Assembly (NCBI GenBank): GCA_973895155.1
Contig: OZ316896.1
Coordinates: forward strand, 18,526,754 to 18,590,753
Reading direction: 5' to 3'
Length of the DNA stretch: 64,000 nucleotides
Source: Marsupella aquatica
Lineage: Eukaryota; Plantae; Marchantiophyta
The notes below the pieces were generated by a model. It saw nothing but the letters and a program-made list of their open reading frames with translations, ran no database searches and was not told the origin of the DNA. The position numbers were made by a program, and so were the translations under genes. Positions 1 through 13,748 of the stretch are shown piece after piece; within the stretch, counting starts at the first letter, position 1, and each line of letters opens with the position of its first letter.

Positions 1-1150
1 CGTGCTAGCTAGAAGAATTTTGCAGTAGGAAGCACACAAGAAATATATTAAAGACAAAATATCCAAAGTGGTATAAGTAAAAGAGAGTAAATACACAAGC
101 ATTTATGCCTAACTCTGCCAATCCTGGCCAAGCATTGCACTAAATCATTAGTTAGGGTATGTCAAGTTTTTACTTTAGCTTGAGACTTCCATGTGAAATT
201 CTTTTGATGGCAGAGAAGGTACAAGAGGGGCGCATCAGGCCTAAAACAACTGCCCCTGCAATAGGTGTCTCTGGAGACAAATGCCCATCCCGTCCTATCT
301 GACCGTTGCCTTTGAAATGTTGTAGATTTCAAAATTTTAAGTCAAAGTGATTTGTGATGCCCTACTGATTTCACACACAAAAAAATCTTCTTTCCAAGAA
401 ATTTGTGGTTTATTCTGTTGGCCCAGCACTTAATTATAGTGAATTGTGAAAATAATCACCCCTTCATGATCTGAATTAGATACATTGGGACACAAGGAAA
501 AGCCTTTGACATTATCACCATTGGGAACCTAGTGACTTTTGGTTTAGGATTAGGACAACTAACTTCTGAGAATCTTATTACTTTCCAATTGAGACCCGGC
601 CTTGTCAAAACTTTTTATATTTGGTGAGGAGATTTAACACGTCACAAAAGACAACTTGTGTAACCTAGCAAAGATGCTAATGGCACCTTGTTGTTGGGTG
701 TGATGGGGAGTATAGCCTTGCTTTTGCATTTTCTCTCTTAAATTGCATGTTGATTGATAATTTTGACACATTCTTATAGTATATTTAATACTTTTATAAC
801 CAACACACTGGACTGATCTTTGCATTTAGATGCTTCAGTACAAAGTTTTTGTTTGTCCTCCATAAAGAATGGAATTGATTCAATTCTGTAACATGGCAAC
901 AAAAACAGCCATTGAAGGTGGACATTGTAAGCATTGGCATTTTACTACAACCTTTGCCAGTGGACTAGCAAAGAGTAGAAAAACTGAAAAGAAAATGTTT
1001 GCCCACAGTCCTACCCTTAGTTAGGACTCAACAGCCAAGATCTCAACTCTGATCTTCACATTTTAAAGAAAATTTGTAGGTCATGTACGTAGCTGACACA
1101 CACCACCAGTCATGTAGCTGACTGGAATTATTTATAACCATGATATAGTA

Positions 1151-2256
1151 GAGATATATGCTTGATGGGCCCCCTGGTGAACCTTTCTTACCCGATGGGC
1201 CCCTAGGTAACTTTTTTTACCAAGTAGGACCCCTCTTAATGACCAGTACACGTGTTCTTGTGTGGCGCCTACACCTGTCCTTGTGTGGTGCCTACTATGT
1301 ATAGTGACTCCAGGAAAACTGCACGGTTGGACCATTCGGCCGACCTTACATGGTTGATCAAGAAACCACAGAGATTATCCGAGAGAAACCGCGAAAAGCG
1401 ACTGCCGCTATCAAAACTGTGATTTGAAGACAATATGCATTATGTCTTTGGTTTCAAAATTTGACATATCGCGTGGTAGTCGTACCAAGTGGGCAAATTC
1501 TGAACATTGAACTTGAATATTCTTTGTGGACATTTGGAGGTACCCCGCACTGACGCTGACAGTCGCGCATGAAAAAATTGTGAAAAACCTATGTGCACCG
1601 CATGAAAAACATATCTAATGACTACCCCGCGATACGGTAAAAATTTGAACCCAAAGACATAATCCATATTGTATTCAAGTTATGGTTTGGGCAGCGGCGG
1701 TAGCTTTTTGCAGTTCTCCCACATCATCTCCGCCGTTTCACCTGTTTCTCCCACATGTTTCTTCGACCATGCAGGGGTGGCCTCCCGCATGGTCCAATAG
1801 TCACAAAAATCCCATACAAGCAAACCTAATGACTACCACGCAATAGGTCAAATTTTGAATCCAAAGACATAATGCATATTGTCTTCAAATCACACTTTCG
1901 ACAGTGGCAGTCGCTTTTCACGGTTTCTCCCGGATAATCTCCGTGGTTTCTCGGTGGACCATGCAGGGTTGGCCGCACGGTCCAACCGTGCAGTTTTCCT
2001 GGAGTCACTGTACATAGTAGGCCCGATAGTAGGCACCACACAAGGACAGGTGTAGGCACCACACAAGAACACGTGTACTGGTCATTAAGAGGGGTCCTAC
2101 TTGGTAAAAAAAAGTTACCTAGGGGCCCATAAGGTAAGTTTGACGAATTCGTCGTATCGGTGCACGAGCTCTTATACCCGGAGTCCGAGGTTGAGCGGAA
2201 AGAAACGGCTCCAGGCCCCGAAAGGTTCAACGCGGGGCCCATCAAGTATATATCTC
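1151..2256. mobile_element. Non-autonomous Mutator-like (MULE/foldback) DNA transposon with long TIRs and a 10-bp TSD
   Basis: The termini GAGATATAT...ATATATCTC are inverted. The left arm (~1151-1485) is the reverse complement of the right arm (~1826-2256), which has an extra ~80 bp at ~2139-2219. An identical 10-bp direct repeat TGATATAGTA flanks both ends (1141-1150 and 2257-2266). No transposase is encoded. Confidence 0.88.
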
Positions 2257-3201
2257 TGATATAGTAGCTAGAGTCTCCTTGCTCCTGCACTATGGTAACA
2301 ACCATAGTGGCTTGCTGGGCACTTACTCTTAGGTCTGGAGTTATTATGAGACCGCAATTGATCTACCATACTTAGATGCTTGGTTAAGGGTAGATGTGGT
2401 ACTACAGTATTCACTAACATGATCTAGTTAGTGAGTGGAGCTTAGACCTCGACTTAGATTCATTGTTACAGAGTTCAGTAAAACTCTATGTTGTGGTCCC
2501 ATGGACATCGTCTCTGGTGAAGTGAACCGTGTATCTCATGTGTCAACTACTTGTGTGTAATTGGATGTTGCACATGTGCATGTTGTCCTATGAGTAGCAG
2601 TCATTTACTCAACATGGCTAATTCCAAAATTCCTTAGCACAAACACTGACTATGAGGTAATAATTGGCCATCAAATAGCTCCCTAAAATTCATATTGAGA
2701 TGTTCTTGGATATTTATAGGAGAGATGGAGAATGAATGGAAAACACTTCGCCAATCCTCCTTGCATCAGGCAAGACAAAATTTAACATGAAGGGATGAGT
2801 GAGATAACTACTAATCACAAAGGGCACTATATAATGTGTAGCATGTGTTTGAGGGATAGAATCTTTGATGTGCAAAGCAAGGGTAGCCAAGACCCTTTGC
2901 AATGTAATCCCAACCCCCATTGACTAATAGAACGATGACTGTGTTTCTGCATAAGTATGCAAGAACAACCATGATAGGAGCCCAAATACGCTCATCATGG
3001 CCATCCAAAGAACTCTCTTAATACTTTAACCATCATGAAACAAACAACAAAGTACTTTAATGGTCATGCACTTGCCCATTAGCCCGGCCCATTAGAGATA
3101 GTCATGTGCACATGAACCTCTTAGTGGGAACCGGGTTTCTGCCATGATTTCTGGCCCTCAAAAGCCTTATATATTTCTTTTTTGAGTGGCAAAAACCAGA
3201 A

Positions 3202-3273
3202 GTTCTCCACCGAGATTTGAACCCAAACCCACCTGGTTGCAAGGCAGAACTTTGAACCATTGGAATACACCTA
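3202..3273 (-). pseudogene. Degenerate tRNA-like sequence (tRNA pseudogene or SINE head)
   Basis: The minus strand reads ...TATTCCAATGGTTC...CCTTGCAACCAGG...GGGTTCAAATCTC, with A-box-like and B-box-like motifs at tRNA spacing followed by a T5 run. The acceptor stem does not pair. Confidence 0.3.
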
Positions 3274-6200
3274 ATAATATACCTTTATAACAGTGCAAAC
3301 AAAAGTTGCACGCATGCGACTGTAAGGAACAAAGTTGTTGCGCGCACAAAGGCAATGACTATTTACGGGGAGAAACCTAGATTACAATTTAAGCACATTG
3401 TACAAACAATGTAAACACAACTATGAGAGCTTGGAGCAAGGTGGACAGACGGAGCTCAATTGCTGACAAACAATGGCATAGTGTTTGATGACAAAGTGCT
3501 TGGTGACAGAGTGCTTGGTGACAGAGCCCGTGACAAGAAGACAGGACAACATAGCAACAAAAATGTCAAGGCTGCGATTTACTTCATAAAAACGTCGAGG
3601 CAGTTTACTCATAAAAAATGGCGAGCCTAATCACAAAGCACCGCTGCACAGTAGTAGCATAGTAAAATGACTGGCACAATGTGTGCCATCGGAGCTCAAA
3701 ATGTGCCAAAAATGCCGTTTTGGATCAAATAAGGTGTCACCCTCACCCTTTTTGTACCTCCCCCTTTAATTGTCATGGCCGGCTTCGGATTCCAATGGGT
3801 GAGGGATTCCAATGGGTGGATTCCAATCAGATCTCTTTGAACCACCATTATCCCCAAGCTGTGGGAGGGAAAAAGCTTCCACTTTTTTGACTTTATTAAG
3901 AACATTTTTTACGACGTAGGGCAACCTGGATCTACCAGGTTTAGATGCGGGGACAATGGCCATTTAAGGATCACATGTATTGTACATCTAAATGTGTTTG
4001 AATCATATAATATAGGGAAAATATGCCCATAGTTATTCTCTGTGAATGATTTGTTTGTCAAAGAATACCCATTAGATTCTATTTATCTAGTCAGTCAATA
4101 TATCAGATTGCAGCAAGGACAACTTTGTTATTGTCATCAAGGTACTTTATTTATTTCCATCTTGGCTGTCAATATTTGTCTCTCAAAATATCAGACTGCA
4201 CTCAGGACAACTCTGTCAAAGATTGTCTCAATTCTTGTATACTTATGTAAAGGTTGCGGCTTCCCCAAACACAACCATTTGATTTCTTGATCATTCTGTG
4301 AATCTTAGGATGACATTAACAATTGCAATGCACTCATGGCTCCAAAATTGCAAGCCTTTCATTTCCCTTGCCTGTTTGGCCATAGGTGTTCAAAAAGCTT
4401 CCAACCAACGCCTGTGAAAACACATCCCCTAGAACCTTGAGTTCCCCTATTTTGACTATAGCAAAATTGCTCTTGGGTGCAAGAAAATAGTTGGCCAAAA
4501 CCTGGGTAGAAGCCATAGTTGGTTTCACAAACATAAAACATATCTTTAGGTTGTGTAGCTCACTTGTTGCCTCACTTGTAGACCTTGTGACTTGCACAGA
4601 ATGTTTCAAAACCAGACTGACAGATTTCTCAGTAGTGTATCAAATCATGCCATGAGTGATGTTTTGGGGCCTGGTGCCTCATTTGCAGTTTAACTTTGTG
4701 ATTTGTGGTTCCGTTGGGCATATGTGGGAGTGGAAGTCTGACTCTCCCACTCCCCTCGTTTGGGGTTCTTGCCAATGGGTTAATTTGGGTAGTGTGGGTT
4801 GGTGTAAGTCAAAAATTTGGGACTGCTTTGGGATGAACTATGGTCAAACACCATGGGCCGGTGATTGATGAATTCATTGCAAGTCCTCAGGCAAAATGAG
4901 CTCCCTAATGAGAGTGTGAACAATGTATCTAGACAGTCAACCTCTTGTCATGTAACTCAATTGCCCCCCCGGATTTCCCCACCTAATAAAAAATGCTTAT
5001 TCCACTTACATTAAAGCTCATAATTGCAAGTGGTGGACCTAGCCATCCAACACCCTCACCAAACTCAGCACCTTGTCCTAGGCATTTTGAGTCTCCCAAC
5101 GCCAACACAAAACTCCGCAAGCAAGCATCCTGGTGTCCCCTGGAGCGTTAACAGCGTCGCCCATACAAAGTTGCACCTGCCCCTTAATACAACCGTCGCT
5201 CAACAGCCCCTAACATCTGCCCAAGCAAACAAACCAACCAGTAAGTAACCTATTGCACTCTCAAAACCCAAGACCTTTGTCTTGTATCACTTGAGCCCAA
5301 TGCTCGTTAGTAGGTAGGTCAACAAATAGAGTCTCCCAGGCCCACCCAACCTTACCATAAGCTGAAGCTAAGGTCAACATCTATTGTTCATCCAGGACAT
5401 CCCACGTATCGGGTGCCGCCCAAGCTTCCCCACTTTCTATCGGTCATTGACTGACCATTGTGTCTCCAAGACATGACCATGGCCCAATATCTAGCTTGTT
5501 CCAAGCATCGGGACCAGCCCAATTCTGACTCTTGTAACTGTCTTTATGGGTCCAACTCACCTGGGTCGACCTTGAGAGCATGCCAAACTTAGACCTCAAC
5601 ACCTAGGCTTACTTTGCAACTTACGTCTGGTCCACTGAGAGACACCACTCCCCTCATATATGTTTTTGGTGACTTGTCATCCCCAGACTAGCTTTGGTGC
5701 CCTATTTTTGGCCACCCACCACGACTTCAACCAACTTGACCGGGCACCAAGCAAACTTGCTGGGACCATAACTTCATTGTTATTCTTCTGTAGAGAAAGT
5801 GCGATGCCCATTGTGATCGGGCTAACGAGGAGCTCATGCTTGGACCCTTAGGACTCAATATTGTCCATTGGGGTCCCTGAGTAGCCCCACCCATGCCCTG
5901 CTGATAGCTCATGGGATAAGCATTTGTTACCCATGAACCAAACTCTATTGTGCTTAGGCCCAATAGGAGCTCCCACTTGAGCCCTCACAACTCAATGTCC
6001 GTATGCGGGTCCTGAGCGGTCCATCTTGAGTCCAGCCATGCTCATGGCCCAAATAGCTCTCATTGCTACGGCGGTAGAGCTAAGTGGTAGAGTAGTCAAG
6101 TTTTGCAACTTTATATTTTCTTCTCCCATCCAACTTAATCCAAAAAATCTCTTAGTCTTTTCACCTTAAACCCCCTAATTGTATTCCCCTTCCCTCTCCC

Positions 6201-6882
6201 TTGCCTCATTCTCCCATAAGGAGCCAGGAGCAACTCTAGGTTACTCCAATAGAGTTATTCTGTGAAATGGGCAACACTTTGAATGTCCCCACCTCCATTT
6301 ATGTTCAAAGAATGTGCAAATATAGTAGTCACAATATAAAATCTATAATTTTAAATTTTTTTTAAAGCGAGTTCAGTGCACCCGCCCCCCACCTGCTTGA
6401 CAGCTGGAGGAGCAGAGGTGAGAGGCTCGGCAGGAGGGCCCAAACCACTCTGAGGTTCGGGGGGAGCTTCGAGGGACAGCCTTTTCCCTCCCCTATCCTT
6501 TCGGTCTGAAACAAAGGCCACCAAACGAGTCACACGGAAGGGCTGAGACGGTGAAGCTAGATGAGTGAGGGGCAGTGAGTTGTGTTCGTGTGGGCCACAC
6601 GCTGATATCTTCTACAACTTGGTGTTCACTGATCACTGATGATGCACTCTCGTCTGAGTAGCAGTAGTCCAAGATTCTGGGTCGCAGAGACTCCAGATGC
6701 TCGAGAATTGGTGAATTACACAGCTCATTTGCTTTGTTGAGTGAGAGGAGGCTGTCTCAGTTTAACTCTCAAGAGATAGATAGATCATAGGAACAGATTG
6801 AGCCTGTGTTGTGGGTTTTGGCAATTGGTGGGTGATAGGCTGATTTGATAGACAGGACGGGGAGGTGGAAGGGTTCGGACTC

Positions 6883-9727
6883 ATGGCATCAGCAGCAGCA
6901 GGAGCAGTGCACATTCAGGCAATAACAAAGGGGCTGCCAGCTTTGGAAGGCAGAGGCAGCAGCAGAGGCAATTCGAAGCGAGGAGGAGCCGTCAAGGGAG
7001 CTTGTAGTGCGGGATTGAGGCTCAACAATGACAGATTAGCTCTGAAGAGTGCATTTTACAATGGAGGATCGGCCATTGCTGTCCCGGAGACCGAGGGCGC
7101 TGCTGGTGGAGGCAGAATTAACATGAGAGTAGCCTCCAAGGGCGCTTATATTTGCAAAGACTGCGGGTAATCTCCCGGTTCTCTCCCTGCCGCGCTTTCG
7201 CTGTCTCTGCATGTCTGATCCGGTCTCCTCTTCTGCACCGTGCATATCTTTGCTCTCTTTCTATACATTAAGAATCAGGACAAATTCGTCCATGGTTGGA
7301 ATAGTACTCTCATAGACAATACTGATGACACTCTACAAAAGTTCCAGGATACGAGATGTGGCTGACGAGGTCATCTGTGTACTTTCTCCACATATATCTC
7401 ACCTGATCCTTCCCAACGCAGTAGTGATTCCTTTTGTGGGTAATTCAGCTCTTTGAGGATAGAGATTGATGTTCATCCGTCGTTCTACTTCTATCTATCT
7501 ACCTCACATTGTCGATGGGATCCGTGGATGTTGAATACACTTCGGCTTGTAACGAAATTGGAAGTGTTTTCGCCTGTTCCTGTACTGTTATTTCTCCACA
7601 AATGTCACCCTGTGGCGATTCAACACTGGAGACTGGATATCACGGGATTTGCCCACCTCCGAAAAAATGTACTTGCTTACAATAGTTTTACTATGCACCT
7701 GGGAAATGCCTGCATTGCAGCTGGTTCGGACATCACTCTGCCAACAATGCATGCACTAGCATCGAATCTCGCTGAATGAATCTATATACTTCCGATTGTC
7801 CGTTGGAAGGTCACTGTGCCTTTATGGATGATTGGAAACCTGTTTACAACTAACTTCTGTTGTGGTCGCTGTATTTGCATCTCGTGAGGAGTTGATGACA
7901 TTTCTACATTAGGAAACGATTGAAGATTCTTTGTAATAGACAAGATTTTGTTCGTGTTGAATTGTTCACTAGCTGAGAATGTTCTTTTCCTGTGTCTTCC
8001 TCGGCCAGGTCGACCTGTCTTCTTAAAGGAACTCTGTGAAATGTGGATTTTGGCAATTCCCGAACCAACTATTGATTGACTTTTGATCTTCTCTGCTGAA
8101 TTTACTTTGTGCCGGATCAACTTTCAGTTTTAGTCAGGATTTTTTGGTGACAAAGTGAAGGCTTTACACCAGTGTAGAGGTTTCAAACTCATTCACTTGA
8201 AATTATCGATCCATGATTCCATGCGAATTAATCTAACAAGGCTAAACACGGACAACAGTACTATATTCTTCCCACAAATATCCAGTGCCTTTTATTTTGT
8301 CATATTCTGGGCTACGCATGACAGTCATTGAACAGGGAGCTTATTGTTGACCTTCATAATGTTCGAAATTCACTTGTGTGTCGAATATACAAACGAAGTC
8401 AATGGAGGAACATGATACCATGCAATTCATTTTGGGAACAGAACGGTTGAATGTTAATTCAGGCTCACCACTGTGTTTGGATGCCTTTTTTGTTGTGTAG
8501 GTACATCTATAATGACCGCAAACCCTTTGAGAAACTTTCCGATGATTATTCTTGCCCAGGTTATGGTCTCAACTTACCATTGTTTTGTATTGCCCACCGA
8601 GCATGGTCCTGTTTATTATTGAGCAAGAGTGTTTATTTGTATCAACGGATTTGGATAGGCCCTCACGGCGCTCTTAAGTAGATCATTCACTTGCATAGTA
8701 TAACCAAAAAAGTAATAAGGTTTCCTCTATCAATGTCCAAAGCGTGTTAGGTCTGTAAAGTCTGGCTTTGAATTGTAGCTAATGTGTCCGTATTCGAAAC
8801 TACAGTCTCCAGACAACAACCACCACTGCTCTTGCTCAATGGTCCAGTATAATCCTACTTAAAGACATTACGTAAGGGCGTTGACTTATTTGTGGTTTAT
8901 TATGACGGATGCATCCCTACCTAAGAGGACAAATCTTGTCGACCTCCACCCATTTGGATGCAATGGAGTCCATTGATCTGACTGGAATCCACTGGAAGAT
9001 TAATCAAAGTTACAAAACCATTTTGCATAGAGGATATTAGCAGTCTTCAATCCTTCTGATGTCCTTGCACTGTCGAGCAGTGTGTGCTGCTCCAAAGAGG
9101 CGATTCAAGCCTTACGATGCCCCAGTTTCGAGAAATGCCAATGATCAATCTGTTCGAAAGGCCCGCAAGGAAGAACTGAAACAAGCTAATACGGCAGCCG
9201 GGTAAACTTTTTCACCTTTATCCATAGAAGTACTGTGTGTGTTTTCTAAGTTTCACCTGTGATCTCCTGTACGTCCCTTCAATCATACCACGAAGTTATT
9301 CTTCATTTTCTAATTTCATGCAATCATATCATGCTGCCCGAAATTCATTTTACACAAGTTTGTACACAAGTTTGATAAGTGAGGCACAAAAGCTTTACTT
9401 GGTTTTCTCAGCTTTTGAAAAATTACTTCAATAGCGGATTTCCGTGCATGGCGACTATTTGTGCTGCATTGGTATCAGTGAGAGAAAAAAGTCTCTGATG
9501 TATGTTATGTTTGGCCACGAATATGCAACTTTAGTGGTGAGAAATTTCAAATAATGTTTACTGGAAAGTTGTCTTTTGATGGGACTGCCAGACGTAACCT
9601 TATGTCATTAACTGTAGAACTCACAGCTGTACTATATTTGTCGCTTGGCAGTGCCGCTCTGCCTATTGGAATCGCACTTGGAGTAGCTGCTCTCATTGGC
9701 GTTTACGTATATGTTAACAGCATTTAG
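6883..9727 (+). CDS. Plastid-targeted rubredoxin-like protein with C-terminal transmembrane anchor (4 coding exons)
   Basis: Exons 6883-7166, 8501-8559, 9081-9201 and 9652-9727, all GT-AG and phase-consistent. The spliced protein has an Ala/Ser/Gly/Arg-rich transit peptide, then [36 protein letters not shown] (two rubredoxin CxxC knuckles), then RKARKEEL and a hydrophobic tail ALPIGIALGVAALIGVYVYVNSI*. Confidence 0.92.
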
Positions 9728-11987
9728 GTCCCTAAGTTTCTTCTCTGCCAATAAAGAATTATTCTGGCAATTAAGGGCGTCTCATAAGTTTTGATTGAAT
9801 TTATTCTCTGTATCTGATTGTTACTATCGAGGATAATGAAGTTACGTCACTGAGAATTCCTGTCAATATGAGGATAGCTGGAAAGTGTGGGAACATAGGG
9901 CCAGAAGCTTTTCTGCTGAATCATGAGTTTGGTCTTGTGCTTTCACAAAAACAAAGGGGAACTTCAATTCTTTAAACAGGTGGTTTTCACCCAACATCCA
10001 AGTAGTTTATGAGACAATATGGAGGTTTTCGAGAAGGTGAAGCCTGGAGTTTAAAGGTCGAATCCTTTACGAAGATATCAAATCGTCAATAGTAAGGTCT
10101 GACTGTACGAAAACTGAACTGAAATACCCGCCACCCACTAAGGAAATCAATCTCAGGGAACCCTTCCCAAGGTCAGTAAGAATTGCTATGATTTAGTTGT
10201 CTGTTAAGATTTTGTACTTTGAATTGGTGTTCCTAAAGTGGAGACAGAGCTGGATACTTGTCGTGATTTTACAAGCTTTATAGGATGAAATGGCACAACA
10301 GTTGCAAATAAAGCATATGGCAGAGTCGCCAGAACACTGCATGTTAAAGTTAAAACTAACATTATAGTGTTGCATTTCAAACCTGAGCTATAGACTCCAG
10401 CCTGGTAAATCATTGTTAGTCTCAAGAGGTACATTTGCCGCCATAGATGCTTTGTTCCCATCAATCTTTCGGACTAGATCTGACTGATGTAGATGAGGGT
10501 GCAGTTTGCTGCTACAGCTATAGTATTTCATCAATATTTTTTGAACGGTCCGACTCAGTTTCTACGTCTCCAATCAACGAGCTGCAGAAATAGCACTCTT
10601 GTGATAGCTCACCCGGGTTCATATTAGTTAGTTGTAGCTTGCTAGCAAACAGATCAAAAAATCCTCACAGTACCATACTTTTCCTCATAGGAGGAAAACC
10701 CTAATTGTACTTTATGGGCAAACTGAGTCTGTAGCTAGCTAAAACTTGGTTTCATATATAGTAACTTTGGTAAATCCATTTGGGGACTCTTTTTGGGGGA
10801 CTAGCAAACTCCCTAGCCATATGGAGGATTGGATGCCAAAGAACCAAACTAAATGGCAATATGAACCGCTCTTGTGACTCACTAGCAACTCCCCTCATTG
10901 CAAAAAATCTTGTCTGTTCGTATCGTACAATATCTCATACTGCACACACAAGTTCCCAGTTACCTACAATTTCCCTTGCAGATAGACAGATGAACTAACC
11001 TTTTTTCTTTCAGGATTCCGTTTGTCCTTCTCCACTCTTTCTTCTCCTTTTTTGTGTACTCGTCCTTGCCCTTTGTTTCCGCATGGGCTGGTTCCGCACG
11101 ACCACCACTGCCCTTTTCACGACACACTTCCATCAGCAGATTTCAATGAGGTTATAGCTTACTCAAGCCTGAGCAATCCATCAGATCAGGAGCAATGAGT
11201 ACTTGTGCTTCTCAGCAAGGGCTTGCTCCTCCCGTGGTAGAGGATATCCATTTCCTTGAAGACTTAGTTACAACACTAGATGACAAGATCCTCCCACTGA
11301 TAGATCTTTATTTCTTATTTTTTTCTTTCTTTTGAGGTTTTTGGGGTTTGCATTTGGCATCTTCTTTTGAATTTTGCGTTTATATCTCTTCGCCTCTTTT
11401 CTACTCATATAATCCATATAACTTGGATGAGTGAAATGTGGCAAGAAAAAGAGACACTCATCATTGAAAATTTTGTAGTTGTCTCAATCCTTAGTGAAAT
11501 GTGATTATGGTAGGTTTATTGGCAAGATCTTTCCTAGACTCTTCTTATGAACCCCAAGAAATGAGATTCTCTTGGATATCAAGGGAGATATTGAAGGTCA
11601 AACCTTGGTCTTGAGTACTTTTTGGAAAGGAGAAGGGTCAGCAGTTTTTTAGTGAGGATACTTTCTAATGGCAAAAAAGAAAAACCTCAAAGATTACCCG
11701 GTGTCAATGAGTGAAGGCCCACTGGGTTGCATAGTTCACGGCTGTCAATGGGCCAGAATCGCAAAATGATGCTCAAATCTAAGGAAATCTAATCTACAGA
11801 AATTAATGTATCAAAATAGATTAAAGTAATATTCTCTTCTAGTATCTACAGAATCTCACAATGACCCAAATCTAGGGAAATCTCACGGTCAGAAATTAAT
11901 CTATTAAAATAGATCCAAAAAACATTCTGACTGTAGTATCTACTCCTAGGCAGAACCTGGGCAAGAGTAAACCCCTGGAGAATTAAC

Positions 11988-12336
11988 GGTGTCAATGAGT
12001 GAAAAGTGTAAAACGTGTCAGGAGAAAAACCCCGGTGTCAATGAGCAAAAGTGTAAAACGTGTCAGGAGAATTACCCTGGTGTGAATGAGTGAAAGTGTA
12101 AAACGTGTCACAAGAATTACCCCTGGTGTCAATGAGTGAAAGTGTAAAACATGTCAGGAGAATTAACCTGGTGTCAATGACTGAAGGTGTAAACAGTGTC
12201 AGGAGAATTACCCTGGTGTCAATGAGTGAAAGTGTAAAACGCGTCAGGAGAATTACCCTGGTGTCAATGAGTGAAGGTGTAAAACGTGTCAGGAGACATA
12301 CCCTGGTGTCCACGAGTGAAAGTGTAACACGTGTTA
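11988..12336. repeat. Minisatellite, ~45-bp unit, about 8 copies
   Basis: The unit GGTGTCAATGAGTGAAAGTGTAAAACGTGTCAGGAGAATTACCCT repeats head-to-tail with no spacers. A partial unit plus the same downstream flank also occurs at ~11692-11755. Confidence 0.92.
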
Positions 12337-13002
12337 GGGTCCATTGGGGTTGCATCGTTCACGGGCTGTCCATGGGATGGGAGGATCATGTTCCCGTATT
12401 GAGACATCATGTTCCCTCCCGTATGGACGGCACTCTGCTCGAGAGGACAGACTGACCGCACGATTAGTTATCACCAAACTGCAGCAAGGGTCCACAGAGT
12501 CAGGGAAGATATTGTGCAATGGGTATGGATAGTGGCTGGCCAGGAAAATCGGGACCAACCCGAGGGCAGGAAAAGATCTTTCCTCTGTACGTGGCAGCCC
12601 CATGAGCTTGTGAAAGACAGAATGATGGTACTGAGACTTCGAAATAAAGAATTCGCTCCTCTCTTCGCAATGATTGACAGGGAGCATAGTAGGGTTTTCC
12701 TTTTCACAATGTGCAGAATGTCACCTAGTATGAAAAGGAATGTTTTATATCTAATTTGACTAAGTGATTTATGAGTGTCAGATCTAGCTATACTTAAGGA
12801 TTATCATTAGATTCTGGCTAGTGGGATCTGTGCCGCATAGGTGGGAAACTGACTCATGGAACACAAAAACTACTACTTAATTTTTGCCAATAGTGGGAAA
12901 AACTTTTCATAGATGTCTAATGTAGCAAAGTTTTGTCACTAAGAAAAAGCTATTGCAAGGAACTTCAAATTACCGGGAAGGTCTTGGGTTCACCTTCCCT
13001 TA

Positions 13003-13748
13003 GAGCATCTCCAAAGGTGCCTCCAAAGAGCACCGTAAACAGCAAACCAACTACTAGCGGCCAGTATTTGGAGTTTTTCATCTCCAACGGTGTCGGCTTC
13101 CGTAAATTTATGGAGGAAGCCGCTACTTTTCCTCCCTCCACGCCACTACTTCCTGGCAGGAAGGTGGTTGCCATTTGAAACCCGGCTGCTTGCCTGCAAA
13201 TCGATCAACGGCAAGAAAATGTCCACGCGGCACTCGCGATGTGAAGCAGTGCTTGCGCCAGAATTCTCTAAATTTCCCGCTTGGACTGCCATGAACAGTG
13301 CTTGTCGTGGCCCACAGGGTGCTGTCGTGCAAAGCTGACATTTTGAGACTCACGAGAATTGCAGTGAAATTCCGCGTACGAAGGTGTGCAAACATGGCAG
13401 CAAGTCGTGGGAAAAATTACGGTCCATAAGAGCTCAAACAATTATGCTACAGTGTACTCCATGTGTCCCAAGATCCTTGCGTTGGTGCAGGACAAAGAGC
13501 TGAGAGATTTGGGACCGGGTGACTAAGCATTACGAGAAGCACAAACTGAAGGGAACTGAATCGAGGGGTCGAAAGTCACTAGAAGGGAAGTGGTCTGATG
13601 TGAAACACGATGTATCAAAGTTCATTGGATGTTTTCAACAAGTAGATAACCTCCAAATTTCAGGGACCAACTTTGATGACAGTGTGGTGAAGGCAAAGGA
13701 ATTGTTCAAGCAAAACCATCCCAAAGGGAAATCTTTCTCTTTCGAATC
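13003..13748 (+). mobile_element. Truncated PIF/Harbinger-like transposon: left TIR plus pseudogenised Myb/SANT-like ORF
   Basis: TTA is followed by GAGCATCTCCAA (Harbinger/Tourist-type terminus) at 13003. The ORF from ATG 13394 reads MAASRGKNYGP*ELKQLCYSVLHVSQDPCVGAGQR../FWDRVTKHY...SLEGKWSDVKHDVSKFIGCFQQV...KSFSFE, typical of Harbinger-associated Myb-like proteins. It has an in-frame TAA and a frameshift near 13510. No transposase or right TIR was found. Confidence 0.72.

Noticed and set aside
1826-2305. 159-aa ORF as a transposase or captured gene
   Set aside because: It lies in the TIR of the MULE and has no transposase motifs.
4300-6100. LTR-retrotransposon gag/pol remnant
   Set aside because: It looks like decayed transposon DNA, but I could not recover any diagnostic protease, RT, RNase H or integrase motif.
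11988-12455. CRISPR array, or repeat proteins from ORFs 12038-12355 and 12105-12455
   Set aside because: There are no spacers, and the open frames are a by-product of a 45-bp period divisible by three.
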